Below, one piece after another: positions 41,884 to 52,238 of a DNA stretch of 64,000 nt. The first letter of the stretch is position 1, and each line of letters begins with the position of its first letter. Origin of the DNA: a candidate division WOR-3 bacterium (GTDB lineage Bacteria > Hydrothermota > Tepidihabitantia > Tepidihabitantales > JBDRVQ01); assembly GCA_039801905.1 (NCBI GenBank), contig JBDRVQ010000002.1:3147-67146 (forward strand), written 5' to 3'. Below the pieces are notes generated by a model that saw only the letters and a list, made by a program, of their open reading frames with translations, searched no databases and was not told the origin of the DNA. The position numbers were made by a program, and so were the translations under genes.

Positions 41884-42936
41884 ATGGAAAGATTAGCCCG
41901 TTTGACGGAAATTCTGAAAAGGGAAGGGATTTCCTCTTTTCTTTTTACCGATTTGTTGAATATCCGGTATTTAACCGGTTTTACCGGCTCTTCGGCTTAT
42001 CTTTTATTGGCCGATGGCAAAAGTATCTTCTATACCGACTTTCGGTATCAGGAGCAGGTGAAAAGAGAGGTGAGGGCGGATAAAATTGAAATCGTTAAGA
42101 AAAACTTCTTCTCTTTTCCACCAAAAGAATTGAAGAAATTAAAAAAATTAGCCTTTGAGGAGCATTCTTTAACCTATAAATCATATTCCCTTTTAAGGGA
42201 GAAACTGCCAAAGGTTAAGTTAATTCCCTTTCGGGATGTGGTGGCGGACTTACGGATAAAAAAGGATGAGAAGGAGATTGATTTAATAAAAAAGGCAGCG
42301 GCAATAACCGATTCGGTCTTTTCCGCCATTCTCAATTTTATAAGACCCGAAATGACAGAAAGGGAAGTGGCGCGGAAAATTGATTATTTAATTAAGGAAA
42401 AGGGAGAAGTTGCTTTTCCCACAATCGTTGCCAGTGGGGAAAATTCCGCTCTCCCCCACGCCCAACCCACCGAGAAGAAGATAAGAGAAGGGGAACCGAT
42501 CATCCTTGATATCGGAGCAGCCTTTCAAGGTTATGCCTCGGATCTGACCCGGACCATCTTTCTGGGAAAAGTGCCCGAAAAGATGAGAGAGATTTACCAA
42601 ATTGTCAAGAGGGCTCAGGAAAATGCCCTCTCCCAAATGAAAGCAGGCAGGAAGACCAAGATGATTGATAGTTTAGCCCGAGATTATATAAAAGATAGGG
42701 GTTATGGTAACTACTTTGGCCATAGTTTAGGTCATGGTGTCGGTTTAGCAGTCCACGAAAAGCCCACTCTCTCTTACCTCTCTAATGAAAAATTGCTCGC
42801 TGGTTTTGTCGTGACCGTAGAACCCGGGATCTATCTCCCCGGTTTGGGTGGGGTGAGAATTGAAGATTTGGTTTTAATAAAAGATGAAGGGATTGAGATT
42901 TTATCAAAAAGTGAAAAGGAGTTACTGGTGCTATGA
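41884..42936 (+). CDS. pepP: Xaa-Pro aminopeptidase (M24 family)
   Basis: M24 metal-ligand contexts ..HGVGLAVHEKP.., VEPGIY, and an N-terminal creatinase-like domain. Confidence 0.8.
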   Translation: MERLARLTEILKREGISSFLFTDLLNIRYLTGFTGSSAYLLLADGKSIFYTDFRYQEQVKREVRADKIEIVKKNFFSFPPKELKKLKKLAFEEHSLTYKSYSLLREKLPKVKLIPFRDVVADLRIKKDEKEIDLIKKAAAITDSVFSAILNFIRPEMTEREVARKIDYLIKEKGEVAFPTIVASGENSALPHAQPTEKKIREGEPIILDIGAAFQGYASDLTRTIFLGKVPEKMREIYQIVKRAQENALSQMKAGRKTKMIDSLARDYIKDRGYGNYFGHSLGHGVGLAVHEKPTLSYLSNEKLLAGFVVTVEPGIYLPGLGGVRIEDLVLIKDEGIEILSKSEKELLVL

Positions 42937-43493
42937 TTACCCCAAATGACTTTCGCTTTGGTACAATCATTAAATTGGAAGGGGAGATTTACGAAGTGAT
43001 TGGCTTCCAGCATATCAAAATCGCCCAGAGGCGGGCTTTCGTCAAAACGAAATTAAAGAATCTGTTGACTGGTCGGGTGATAGAAAAGAACTTAGATTCT
43101 GAGGAACCGATTGTAGAACTGGAAGTGGAAAGAAGGAAAGGGCAGTTCCTCTACCGAGAGGAAGATGCCTATTATTTTATGGACTTAGAAACTTATGAAA
43201 CCCTTCCCCTAAGTAAAGAAAATTTGGGGGATAAGGTCTATTACCTGAAGGAGAACTTAGAGGTAAATCTTCTTTTCATTGAGGGAAAATTTATGGAGAT
43301 TGAATTACCTTTCTTTGTGGAATTGCGAGTGGTGGAGACCGAACCTGATTTCAAAGGCGATACCGCCTCCGGTGGAGGCAAGCCAGCAAAATTGGAGACC
43401 GGCTTGGTAATTGATGTTCCTTATTTTGTTGTGCCGGGTGACATCGTGAAAATTGACACCCGTTCCAATACCTATATTGAAAGAGTGCGTTGA
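42933..43493 (+). CDS. efp: Elongation factor P
   Basis: MITPNDFRFGTIIKLEGEIYEVIGFQHIKIAQRRAFVKTKLKNLLTGRV. Confidence 0.9.
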   Translation: MITPNDFRFGTIIKLEGEIYEVIGFQHIKIAQRRAFVKTKLKNLLTGRVIEKNLDSEEPIVELEVERRKGQFLYREEDAYYFMDLETYETLPLSKENLGDKVYYLKENLEVNLLFIEGKFMEIELPFFVELRVVETEPDFKGDTASGGGKPAKLETGLVIDVPYFVVPGDIVKIDTRSNTYIERVR

Positions 43494-44800
43494 TGTTTAA
43501 GAAAATTCTCATCGCCAACCGGGGAGAGATTGCGGTACGGATCATCCGAACCTGTCGGGAATTGGGGATTAAAACCTGCCTCGTCTATTCTGAGGCGGAT
43601 AAAGAAAGTCTACCGGTAAAATTGGCGGATGAGGCGATCTGCATTGGGAAATCACACCCGAAGGAGAGTTATCTTTTACTCTCCCGTATCCTCTCCGCGG
43701 TGGAAATCTCTGGGAGCGATGCCCTCCATCCCGGTTATGGTTTTTTAGCGGAAAATGCGGATTTGGTGGAAGCCTGTCAGGAAATGAAGATTACCTTTAT
43801 TGGTCCCCCTCCCCAATTCCTCCGCCTTTTTGCGGACAAACTCGCAGCGAAAAAGAAAATGGCGGAAATTGGCATCCCGGTTATTCCGGGAAGTGATGTC
43901 TTAAAGGATGAAGAGGAGGCAAAGGCAAAAGCAAAGGAGATTGGCTACCCCGTGATTCTGAAAGCCTGCGCTGGTGGCGGAGGCAAAGGGATGAAGATTG
44001 TCCGTGAGGAAAAGGAGATGGCTTCCTCCTTTCAAAGAGCAACCGCCGAGGCGAATAGTGCCTTTGAGGACCCCAGAATTTATTTAGAAAAATTATTCAC
44101 CCAATTCCGCCATATTGAAGTCCAAATCCTCGCCGATAATTACGGTAACTGCCTCTTCTTCCCAGAGAGGAACTGCACAATCCAAAAAAATTTCCAAAAG
44201 GTGATTGAGGAAACACCTTCTCCGGGAATAAAAAACGAAGATAGGGATTTACTCCAAAGATTAGTTAAATCCCTTGTCGTCAAGACCGGTTACCAAAATG
44301 TTGGGACAATGGAATTTCTGGAAGTGGACGGTAATTTTTATTTTATGGAAATCAATACCCGAATCCAGGTTGAGCATCCGATAAGTGAAGAGGCCTCCGG
44401 GGTTGATATCATAAAGAACCAAATTCTAATCTCTGCGGGCGAAAGGTTTGAGGAAAAAACCTATGAGCCTCTATTTTGGTCAATGGAAGCCCGGGTTACG
44501 GGGAAAAATCAAGGGAAGATAAATCTTCTCCTTTTGCCGGGTGGTCCTTTTGTCCGTATTGATACCCACATTTATCAAGGTTATAATTTTTCTACCATCT
44601 ACGACCAACTCCTTTTGAAACTGATCGTCCGGGGTAAAGACCGAGAAGAGACGAGGAGGAGAATGGTGCGTGCCCTATCGGAATTAAAAGTTGAAGGAAT
44701 TGAAACTAATCAGGAAGAGTTAGTTAAAATTTTAGAAAGCGAGAGATTCCGCCAGGGTGATTACAAGATTGACTACTATGATTCTCAATCTTTATTCTAG
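43490..44800 (+). CDS. accC: Biotin carboxylase (ATP-grasp)
   Basis: MFKKILIANRGEIAVRIIRTCRELGI..GGGGKGM..EMNTRIQVEHP. Confidence 0.85.
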   Translation: MMFKKILIANRGEIAVRIIRTCRELGIKTCLVYSEADKESLPVKLADEAICIGKSHPKESYLLLSRILSAVEISGSDALHPGYGFLAENADLVEACQEMKITFIGPPPQFLRLFADKLAAKKKMAEIGIPVIPGSDVLKDEEEAKAKAKEIGYPVILKACAGGGGKGMKIVREEKEMASSFQRATAEANSAFEDPRIYLEKLFTQFRHIEVQILADNYGNCLFFPERNCTIQKNFQKVIEETPSPGIKNEDRDLLQRLVKSLVVKTGYQNVGTMEFLEVDGNFYFMEINTRIQVEHPISEEASGVDIIKNQILISAGERFEEKTYEPLFWSMEARVTGKNQGKINLLLLPGGPFVRIDTHIYQGYNFSTIYDQLLLKLIVRGKDREETRRRMVRALSELKVEGIETNQEELVKILESERFRQGDYKIDYYDSQSLF

Positions 44801-45503
44801 TCCCCAGGAGATTGAAGATAAAGAAATTTTCCGCGACAAATCGGTTCTCTTTTTGGACGCTTTCCAATCCTCCCCCCTCTTTCTTTCTGCCCTTCTCTGC
44901 GCCGCCAAGGCGATTATCCCTACTCTTGATGTGGAAATGGCGATAAAGGTCTTCAAATCTTCTTATTCCAATAAAGACGGTCTCCTCATCGGAGAAAGAG
45001 ATTATGAGAAGATTGAAGGTTTCCATTACGGCACAAACTTCCTCGCGGTGGCAAAGGAGATTTGGGAAGGAAAGTCAATTATCTATTATGAACCTTATTC
45101 CTGTTCCTCCCTTCTCCTCACCGAAGCGGCAAAAAGGGTCTATATCGGATCATTTCTCAACCGGACTAAAGTCTGCGAAAAGTTAAAAGATTGGGAAGAG
45201 GTCCAGATTATTACGGTTGGGCTAAAGGGAAGAAGACCCGCCTTAGAGAATATTCTCTTAGCAGGAAGCATCATTGAAAAACTCTCTTATAAAGGTTTAG
45301 AGATGAATGACTCTGCCCAAATCGCCTTTGCCGCTTTTCGGAATCTCCGCCGGAGATTAAAATCAACCCTCTTCTCTACGGAGAGGGCAGTTGCTTTGAT
45401 CGCGCGGGACCGAAAGGAGGAGATAGAAAAAAGTATCCAGGTAGACGCTATTCCGCTCTTACCCGTATTTTCCGAAAACCGGATTGTCCTTTCTGAAGAG
45501 TAA
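44757..45503 (+). CDS. 2-phosphosulfolactate phosphatase (ComB) family protein
   Basis: ..VLFLDAFQSSPLFLSALLCAAKAIIP..LLIGERDYEKIEGFHYGTNFL resembles the ComB pattern. The start is either 44757 or 44778. Confidence 0.5.
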   Translation: MITRLTTMILNLYSSPQEIEDKEIFRDKSVLFLDAFQSSPLFLSALLCAAKAIIPTLDVEMAIKVFKSSYSNKDGLLIGERDYEKIEGFHYGTNFLAVAKEIWEGKSIIYYEPYSCSSLLLTEAAKRVYIGSFLNRTKVCEKLKDWEEVQIITVGLKGRRPALENILLAGSIIEKLSYKGLEMNDSAQIAFAAFRNLRRRLKSTLFSTERAVALIARDRKEEIEKSIQVDAIPLLPVFSENRIVLSEE

Positions 45504-45518
45504 GAAGAAAATTCTAAG

Positions 45519-47048
45519 GTGATCGAAAAATGGTTGAAGATTGGGATTTTAATCTCATCCTTAGTTTTGCCTCTAACCCTTGCCTTTTTCATCTACGACA
45601 CTTATCAAACAACCGCTTCCTGCCTTGATGCCTTATCCCATCTCTACATCGCCAAGAATGTAATTGACAATGGAGAAAATTCCGGAATTAAAAACTTAGG
45701 AACAGTTTGGTTACCCCTTTACCATATTTCCCTTATTCCCTTTATTTTCTCAAATCAACTCTATTTTACCGGATTTGCCGGGACCATCTTGGGCAGTATC
45801 CTTTTATTTTTTACCGTCTTCCTGATTTTAAGTTTTCTCCCTTTCCCCGAAAATATCTTTGCTTCCCTTCTCTTTATCCTCCACCCTTATCTTCTTATCG
45901 CCACCGTCACCCCTATGACCGAAATCCTTGCTATTTTTCTCCTTCTTTTTACTACCTATCACCTCCACCAATTTCTAAAAGATGGGAGAGGGATGGGAAG
46001 ATTAGGGATTGGTGTAGTCCTCGGTACCCTAACCCGTTACGAATTTTATCCCATTCCGTTTCTCATCCTTCCCTTTCTCATCCTTAGGAAAAAGGGAAAT
46101 TGGCGAAAAATAATACCGACTGTCCTCTTTCTCTTTTCCGGAATCTTTTTTTGGCTTATTTGGAATCAACTACTCTTCGCCGACCCTCTCTTCTTTTTTC
46201 GTCATCCTGTAACAAAAGATACTGCGGGAAAACTTATCTATGCCCAATCTTTAAGAAAAGTGGTGTATTTTAATTTAAGTATCCTAAAAGAATTATTCGG
46301 TATTCTACCCTTCTTTTCCCTCTTGGGCATCGCCTTTTTAAGCATTAAAAGAAAGTTTCACCTCCTCCTTCCTCTTTTGCTCCTCATTACTCCATTCTTT
46401 ACCCATCTCTTTCTTGCCTACCAAAATATCAGCCTCGGTTATGCCCGTTTCTTCCTTCTCTCCTTCGCGGGCATACTTTTATCCAGTTTTCTTTTCTGCC
46501 GAGAAATTACTAATCTCGCCCTCCTTAAAAAATTTAAGGTAATTCGCTTCCTGCCCTTAATCATCTTTATCCTTTACTTACCAACCTTAAAAGAAAATTA
46601 TTCCGTGTTAAAGGTTGGGAAAAATCATTACCAACATAAAATAAACCTTCCCGATTTGGATGTAAATTATCAAAAGGTGAATTATTACTTAAAAACCTTT
46701 CGTAACCTCTTTTCCAATATGGATTTAACATCCGCTCATCTTTTAATCCCCTTTAATCAAGAATTTCAGACTATTTCCTTTGCTCTCCGTTTAACTCCCG
46801 AGCAGTTATTTGACCCCTATGACGGAGAATTTATCTTAAAGGTTATGGAAAAACCTTGGGAATTTTGCGACAACCTCCTTCTAACCGATACCCTTACCCC
46901 CTTCTGCCCAATTTTCCAAAAATACTACCAAGGTAAATACTTTCTCTTCTTATTCTGGCAAGATGAGGAATACCAAAAAACCATTCTTAATCACTTTTCT
47001 TTGGTCAAAAAAGAAAATGGTTTAAGACTCTACCAAAAAGTCCGTTGA
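45519..47048 (+). CDS. PMT_2/ArnT-like polytopic membrane glycosyltransferase
   Basis: About 11 predicted TM helices. N-terminal loop motif LDALSHLYIAKNVIDNGE (D..Y..A.N). Confidence 0.5.
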   Translation: MIEKWLKIGILISSLVLPLTLAFFIYDTYQTTASCLDALSHLYIAKNVIDNGENSGIKNLGTVWLPLYHISLIPFIFSNQLYFTGFAGTILGSILLFFTVFLILSFLPFPENIFASLLFILHPYLLIATVTPMTEILAIFLLLFTTYHLHQFLKDGRGMGRLGIGVVLGTLTRYEFYPIPFLILPFLILRKKGNWRKIIPTVLFLFSGIFFWLIWNQLLFADPLFFFRHPVTKDTAGKLIYAQSLRKVVYFNLSILKELFGILPFFSLLGIAFLSIKRKFHLLLPLLLLITPFFTHLFLAYQNISLGYARFFLLSFAGILLSSFLFCREITNLALLKKFKVIRFLPLIIFILYLPTLKENYSVLKVGKNHYQHKINLPDLDVNYQKVNYYLKTFRNLFSNMDLTSAHLLIPFNQEFQTISFALRLTPEQLFDPYDGEFILKVMEKPWEFCDNLLLTDTLTPFCPIFQKYYQGKYFLFLFWQDEEYQKTILNHFSLVKKENGLRLYQKVR

Positions 47049-47070
47049 CTTTTTAGAAATTGGTCATAAG

Positions 47071-48432
47071 ATGAACCTTATGGGTAAGCGGAAAGAAATT
47101 TGGCGGCTCCGCTACCTTCTAATTTTAGCCTTTTCCCTCCGTTTCTTATTTTTTATCTTCAATCAGAACTACACCTACACCTACTACGTCGGGGAGGAGA
47201 TTCCCGAAGAGGCGGAATATTTTAAACAAATGATTCCTCCTTTTGATTCTCAAGAATTTTTAGTCTTGGCGAAAAACCTCGCCAACCAACACCGATTCAC
47301 CTGGGCGGAACTTCCCAATACCTTTCGCACTCCTCTCTATCCCACTTTTATCGCCCTCTTCGGTCGTTTTGCCTTTCATCCCCTTTTTGCCAATTTTCTA
47401 AAACCTTCTGGCGATACAGAAGCCACCCGCATCCCTCTTTTTCTCTTTTTCCAAATCCTTATCGGAACGATTTCCGTCCTTTTCCTCTTTTTCATCGGTA
47501 AAGACCTGTTTGGCGAAGAAGGGGGACTAATCTCTGCTTTTCTCTTAGCGATTGATATCCCAAACATCTTATTCAACAGTCTGGTAATGAGTGAGACCTT
47601 ACTCCTCTTCTTTCTCATTCTCGGCACATTTCTTCTCTTCCGAAATCAATTTTTCTTTTCCGGAATCGCCTTTTCTCTTGCCGCTCTGACCAAGCCCATT
47701 GCCTTATATATCTTTCTTCCGGTATTTTTCTTCCTTTTATTCTCAAAAAAGGTTAAATCGGCAATTAAGTTTCTCATCGCTTTTTCTCTTCTCACCTTCA
47801 TCTGGATGGCGAGAAATTATCGTTACTACAAAACATTCGCTTTCACCTCCATTGACGGCTACAATCTCCTTTATCATAACCTTCCCGCCCTGGAGATGAA
47901 GTTGATGGGTGTTAACTTCTACGATGCCAAGGAAGAGGTTTGGCGAAGGGTTAAAGAAGAGATGAAAGATACTAATCCATTTGTCCTTTCCCAAATCGCC
48001 GGTCGCTACGCTAAAAAGAGGATCCTCCTCCATCTTCCCCGCTACACGCTCATCCACCTCAAAGGGATGTTTTTGCCCTTATTAGGCATCAAGTCGGATG
48101 ATTTGGTCTTAAGGCTCATTCGGCATAAAGAAAAAAATGGCAAAGTCCGACAATCCCTTTCCGATACCACATTACCTCCCTTCTTAAAAGGCTTAATCTT
48201 CATTTTGGGGAGCTGGGAGATAGCAATTATTTTAATCGGACTTTTCTTATTTCTTCTCTCCCTCTTTCGCTTAGAAACCCGTTACTCTATTCTTCTTCTC
48301 TTTTTACTAATGCTTTATTTCCTCTTTATCTCTTCCCCCCTGCCGGATGGTCGGTTCCGTCTCCCCTCTCTTCCTTTCCTCTATTTAGGTGTCGCATCAT
48401 TCTTCCGGAAGAGAGAGTTTAATCCTATTTAA
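47071..48432 (+). CDS. PMT_2/ArnT-like polytopic membrane glycosyltransferase (second paralog)
   Basis: Multi-TM; EFLVLAKNLANQHRFTW loop motif. Confidence 0.45.
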   Translation: MNLMGKRKEIWRLRYLLILAFSLRFLFFIFNQNYTYTYYVGEEIPEEAEYFKQMIPPFDSQEFLVLAKNLANQHRFTWAELPNTFRTPLYPTFIALFGRFAFHPLFANFLKPSGDTEATRIPLFLFFQILIGTISVLFLFFIGKDLFGEEGGLISAFLLAIDIPNILFNSLVMSETLLLFFLILGTFLLFRNQFFFSGIAFSLAALTKPIALYIFLPVFFFLLFSKKVKSAIKFLIAFSLLTFIWMARNYRYYKTFAFTSIDGYNLLYHNLPALEMKLMGVNFYDAKEEVWRRVKEEMKDTNPFVLSQIAGRYAKKRILLHLPRYTLIHLKGMFLPLLGIKSDDLVLRLIRHKEKNGKVRQSLSDTTLPPFLKGLIFILGSWEIAIILIGLFLFLLSLFRLETRYSILLLFLLMLYFLFISSPLPDGRFRLPSLPFLYLGVASFFRKREFNPI

Positions 48433-49389
48433 TTTCTTTTGATGTTCCAAGAAGGTTTTAGAAAAGATATGCCGACCGTCACCCGCGGCGAAAAAAAAGA
48501 GATAATCAGTCTTTGCCGGACGAAGAACCGCCATTAAAGATTTCTTCCCCGGATTACAAATTGGTGTTGGTGGTAAACCGTAATGGAGATAGGTGTTATA
48601 GGGAGAATCAATTGTCAAGTCAATGCTATTTAACCTTTCTTTATGTAAAGAGAGGGCATATTCAACAGTGGGACAGGATTCTAACTTCATCCTTTTCTTT
48701 AACCGATTTAAAAAGACCCCAGCAATTATCGGCCTTTCGCTATCCAGAACCGCCTCCTTTTCCACAAGGGAAGCAAGGATGATTACCAGAGAATCACTAA
48801 AAGGAGAGGGAATGGACTCCCGGAGGCTTTTATACACCTTAAAAAAATGCCCCACCATCTTCTCCATTATTGAGTAGGGAGAAGAAGGGATATTAAATTC
48901 GTAGGTATTGGGGAAAAGAAAACCTTCGGCTTGGGGAAAAGGGATACCCAAAACTCTGAGAAAAGCCGAATCCGTTGCCGCTAAAAGGAAAGAATCTTTC
49001 TTCACCACCCCTTCTTTCTCTAAGACCTCACCAATCTTTTCTTTTGTCCAACCTTCAGGGATAGTAATCGTTACCCTTTCCTTTCCCCCCTTTTTTAAGA
49101 TTCGGTAGGCAAAAAATTCTGAAATCCCTTTTGGCAGAAGATATTTCCCACCCTTCATTTTCCTTTCTCCACCGAAGAGTTTTGTGGCGAAGAGAAAAAG
49201 AAATTTATTCTCAATTATCCCCTTCTCTTTTAAAATCTCGCCAATTTTTTTGGTTGGTGTCTCGTAGGGGATAATTAAAGGAGTCCATTCTGCGGGAGAG
49301 GGAATCCCGGTGAAAAAGATGTAATGGAGACTCAGAAAGAGAAAAGTGAGAAAAAGGAGAATGAGGAACGGTTTTTTTAGTTCCCTCAC
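48397..49389 (-). CDS. mltG: Endolytic murein transglycosylase MltG (YceG-like)
   Basis: N-terminal TM helix; ..LESCPTVEYAL..LTIDSPYNTYLHYGLPPTPICNPG. Confidence 0.8.
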   Translation of the reverse strand: MRELKKPFLILLFLTFLFLSLHYIFFTGIPSPAEWTPLIIPYETPTKKIGEILKEKGIIENKFLFLFATKLFGGERKMKGGKYLLPKGISEFFAYRILKKGGKERVTITIPEGWTKEKIGEVLEKEGVVKKDSFLLAATDSAFLRVLGIPFPQAEGFLFPNTYEFNIPSSPYSIMEKMVGHFFKVYKSLRESIPSPFSDSLVIILASLVEKEAVLDSERPIIAGVFLNRLKKRMKLESCPTVEYALSLHKERLNSIDLTIDSPYNTYLHYGLPPTPICNPGKKSLMAVLRPAKTDYLFFFAAGDGRHIFSKTFLEHQKKLNRIKLSLPEE

Positions 49390-51992
49390 CGGGTCAAATC
49401 AATACCGACTTCCCCTTTTTCTTCCTTAATTCGAGCTTGGGCGGCCGCTAAACGAGCAATCGGCACTAATGGGGTATCGCAACTGACATAAGTAAACCCG
49501 ATTTGGTGGCAAAATTCAATACTCCTTGGGTCGCCCCCGTGCTGACCGCAGATGCCAATCTTAAAATCTTTCCTCACCTCCCTCGCCTCCTTTACCGCCA
49601 TTTCTATCAATCTTCCCAAGCCATTTTTATCCAAGGTGATGAATGGGTCAGAAGAAAGAATCTTCTTTTCTAAATAGTAAGGAAGAAACCGGGGATAGTC
49701 ATCGCGGGAAAACCCAAATACCATCTGGGTCAAATCGTTTGTCCCGAAGGAGAAGAAATCAGCATACTGGGCGATTGTCTTAATGGTGAGACAAGCCCTT
49801 GGTGTTTCAACCATTGTCCCAACTTTATATTCCACCCGAACTTTAGTTTTCTTAAATACCTCCTCGGCCACCTTTTCAATAATTGCCCTCTGATTTTTCA
49901 ACTCTTCTTCGGTGATGGTTAGCGGTATCATAATTTCTGGCAAAACCGAAATTCCTTTCTTTTTTAATCGACAAGCGGCTAAAAATATCGCTCGGGCTTG
50001 CATCTCGGTTATCTCCGGATAGGCAATTCCCAACCGACAACCCCGAAAGCCCATCATCGGATTCTCTTCTTTTAGTTCCGCTATTTTTTTGAAAATAACA
50101 TCTGGCTTAATACCAATCTTCTTTGCCAATTTTTTAACCTCATTTAAGGAAGTGGGCAGAAATTCGTGGAGGGGTGGGTCAAGAGTTCTAATTGTTACCG
50201 GTAAACCGGCCATCGCCTTAAAAAGACCTTCAAAATCTTTCCTTTGGTAAGGAAGGAGTTTGGCAAGAAATTTCTTTCGTTCCCGAGTATCCTCACTTAA
50301 AATCATCATCTGGAAGTATCTAATCCGGTCCGGATGGAAAAACATATGTTCGGTTCGGGCTAAACCAATCCCTTCCGCACCCAAATCTCTTGCCCGGGCT
50401 GCCTCTTTTGGCTTATCCGCATTCGCCCAGACACCCAATTTTCGGAACTTGTCGCAAAGGGATAAAAAATCTTTCAACTCTTGGGTCATCTCCGGCTCTA
50501 CCAAAGGAACTTCCGCAAAAACAATTTCTCCCGTAGAACCATTTATTGAAATCACCTCCCCTTCCCTCCGCTTGCAGACTTTTTTTGGTTCCTTAGGATT
50601 TTGGACATAAATCATTCTCCTCTTCTCATCAATTCTAATCCCATTCGCCCCAACGATACAGGGCTTTCCCATCCCCCGGGCAACAACCGCGGCGTGCGAA
50701 GTCTTACCACCAGTAGTCGTTAAAAACCCATTTGCCTTCTCCATTCCTGCAATCTCATCCGCCTTGGTAAACTCCCGAACCAAAATAACCTTAACCCCTT
50801 CCTTTGCCTTTTTTATTGCCCCTTCCGAAGAAAGGACAATCTCGCCAACCGCACAACCCGGGGAAGCAGGAATCCCAGTAGTTACGGGTTGGTATTTAAA
50901 TTTTGGGTCAAAGACCGGATTAAGAAGCGAAATGATATCTTCCTCGGTCATCCGCATAATCGCTTCTTCTTCGGCTAAAAGGCCATCCTTTAACATATCC
51001 ACCACTACCTTCAATTTTGCCTGAGGACTTCTCTTTGCGGAACGGGTCTGGAGAAAATACAAAACCTCATTCTCAATCGTAAACTCAATATCCTGCATAT
51101 CCCGAAATTCCCGCTCAATTTTTCCTACTTCCCTTTTTAATTCCTCATAGACATTGGGCAAATAATCTCTCAGTTTATCAATTGGCTCTGGGGTTCTAAT
51201 CCCGGCAACCAAATCTTCCCCTTGCGCCCGCAAGAGAAACTCCCCATAAATCTTTTTCTCCCCAGTCGCTGGGTCCCGGCTGAAAACAACACCGGTTCCA
51301 GAACGGTCGTTTAAGTTACCAAAGACCATCGCCTGGATATTGACGGCAGTTCCCAGATTATCAGGAATCTTATAGATTCGCCTGTATTCTATGGCTCGGG
51401 GATTATTCCAAGACTTAAAAACCGCGACAATTGCCGAGAAGAGATTAGTGAAAGGGTCTTGGGGTAATTTCCCGCGTAAAATCTTCTTATACTGAGCAAT
51501 CGCCTCTTTTCCTTCCAAATTCAAACTTAAAAACTTCTCCCGCTTTATCCCTAAGACAACATCAGAAAATATCTCAAGGAAACGCTGATAGAGATGATAA
51601 GCAAATTCTTCTCCCGACCTTTGGGCTAAGACGGAGCAAATTTCATCGTTAATCCCCAAGTTAAGAATCGTATCCATCATTCCCGGCATAGAAAATTTTG
51701 AACCACTGCGCACCGAAAGGAGAAGTGGATTTTCCAAACTCCCAAATTTCTTATTCGTCTTCTTTTCTAAATACCCTATCCCCTCTTCTACCTCTTCTTC
51801 TAAGCCATCCGGAATTTTTCCCTTTTCCAAATAATAGACCGAAGCCTTGGGAGAGATAATAAAAAAGGGAGGAACGCGGAAACCAGCCTTTGCCAAAAGG
51901 TAAAGGCCAGCCCCTTTACCACCAAGGAGTTCTTTTATCTCTTCTCCTTTTAATTCTAAATTATCTTCTAAGAAATAGACCCATTTCCTCAT
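49386..51992 (-). CDS. ppdK: Pyruvate, phosphate dikinase
   Basis: 868 aa; TTGGKTSHAAVVARGMGKPCIVG phospho-His region and a PEP-utilising C-terminal domain. Confidence 0.9.
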   Translation of the reverse strand: MRKWVYFLEDNLELKGEEIKELLGGKGAGLYLLAKAGFRVPPFFIISPKASVYYLEKGKIPDGLEEEVEEGIGYLEKKTNKKFGSLENPLLLSVRSGSKFSMPGMMDTILNLGINDEICSVLAQRSGEEFAYHLYQRFLEIFSDVVLGIKREKFLSLNLEGKEAIAQYKKILRGKLPQDPFTNLFSAIVAVFKSWNNPRAIEYRRIYKIPDNLGTAVNIQAMVFGNLNDRSGTGVVFSRDPATGEKKIYGEFLLRAQGEDLVAGIRTPEPIDKLRDYLPNVYEELKREVGKIEREFRDMQDIEFTIENEVLYFLQTRSAKRSPQAKLKVVVDMLKDGLLAEEEAIMRMTEEDIISLLNPVFDPKFKYQPVTTGIPASPGCAVGEIVLSSEGAIKKAKEGVKVILVREFTKADEIAGMEKANGFLTTTGGKTSHAAVVARGMGKPCIVGANGIRIDEKRRMIYVQNPKEPKKVCKRREGEVISINGSTGEIVFAEVPLVEPEMTQELKDFLSLCDKFRKLGVWANADKPKEAARARDLGAEGIGLARTEHMFFHPDRIRYFQMMILSEDTRERKKFLAKLLPYQRKDFEGLFKAMAGLPVTIRTLDPPLHEFLPTSLNEVKKLAKKIGIKPDVIFKKIAELKEENPMMGFRGCRLGIAYPEITEMQARAIFLAACRLKKKGISVLPEIMIPLTITEEELKNQRAIIEKVAEEVFKKTKVRVEYKVGTMVETPRACLTIKTIAQYADFFSFGTNDLTQMVFGFSRDDYPRFLPYYLEKKILSSDPFITLDKNGLGRLIEMAVKEAREVRKDFKIGICGQHGGDPRSIEFCHQIGFTYVSCDTPLVPIARLAAAQARIKEEKGEVGIDLTR

Positions 51993-52004
51993 ATCTGCTC
52001 CTTC

Positions 52005-52238
52005 TTATCTTTTAATTCTAAAGATTATATTTAAAATTATTGTTAATAAGAGAGAAAGGATTAAAGAAGTCACCAAAGGAAAATAGAAGGTAAAATTTTT
52101 CTTCTTCCAAAGGATATCCCCGGGCAAACGAAAGAATCCAATTTTCGGAAGCAAAAATAGAGCCAAACCAAAAATGAGGAAAATTAAGCCGAAGAAGATT
52201 AAAAATTTCGCCACGGGCGTTAAAAAATCATTCCCCAT
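52005..52238 (-). CDS. DUF2905-family small membrane protein
   Basis: ..LPGDILWKKKNFTFYFPLVTSLILSLLLTIILNII matches the DUF2905 signature (LPGDI..NFTFYFP). Confidence 0.65.
   Translation of the reverse strand: MGNDFLTPVAKFLIFFGLIFLIFGLALFLLPKIGFFRLPGDILWKKKNFTFYFPLVTSLILSLLLTIILNIIFRIKR

Noticed and set aside
44724-45026. 100-aa minus-strand ORF spanning the accC/comB junction
   Set aside because: It overlaps two well-supported plus-strand genes.
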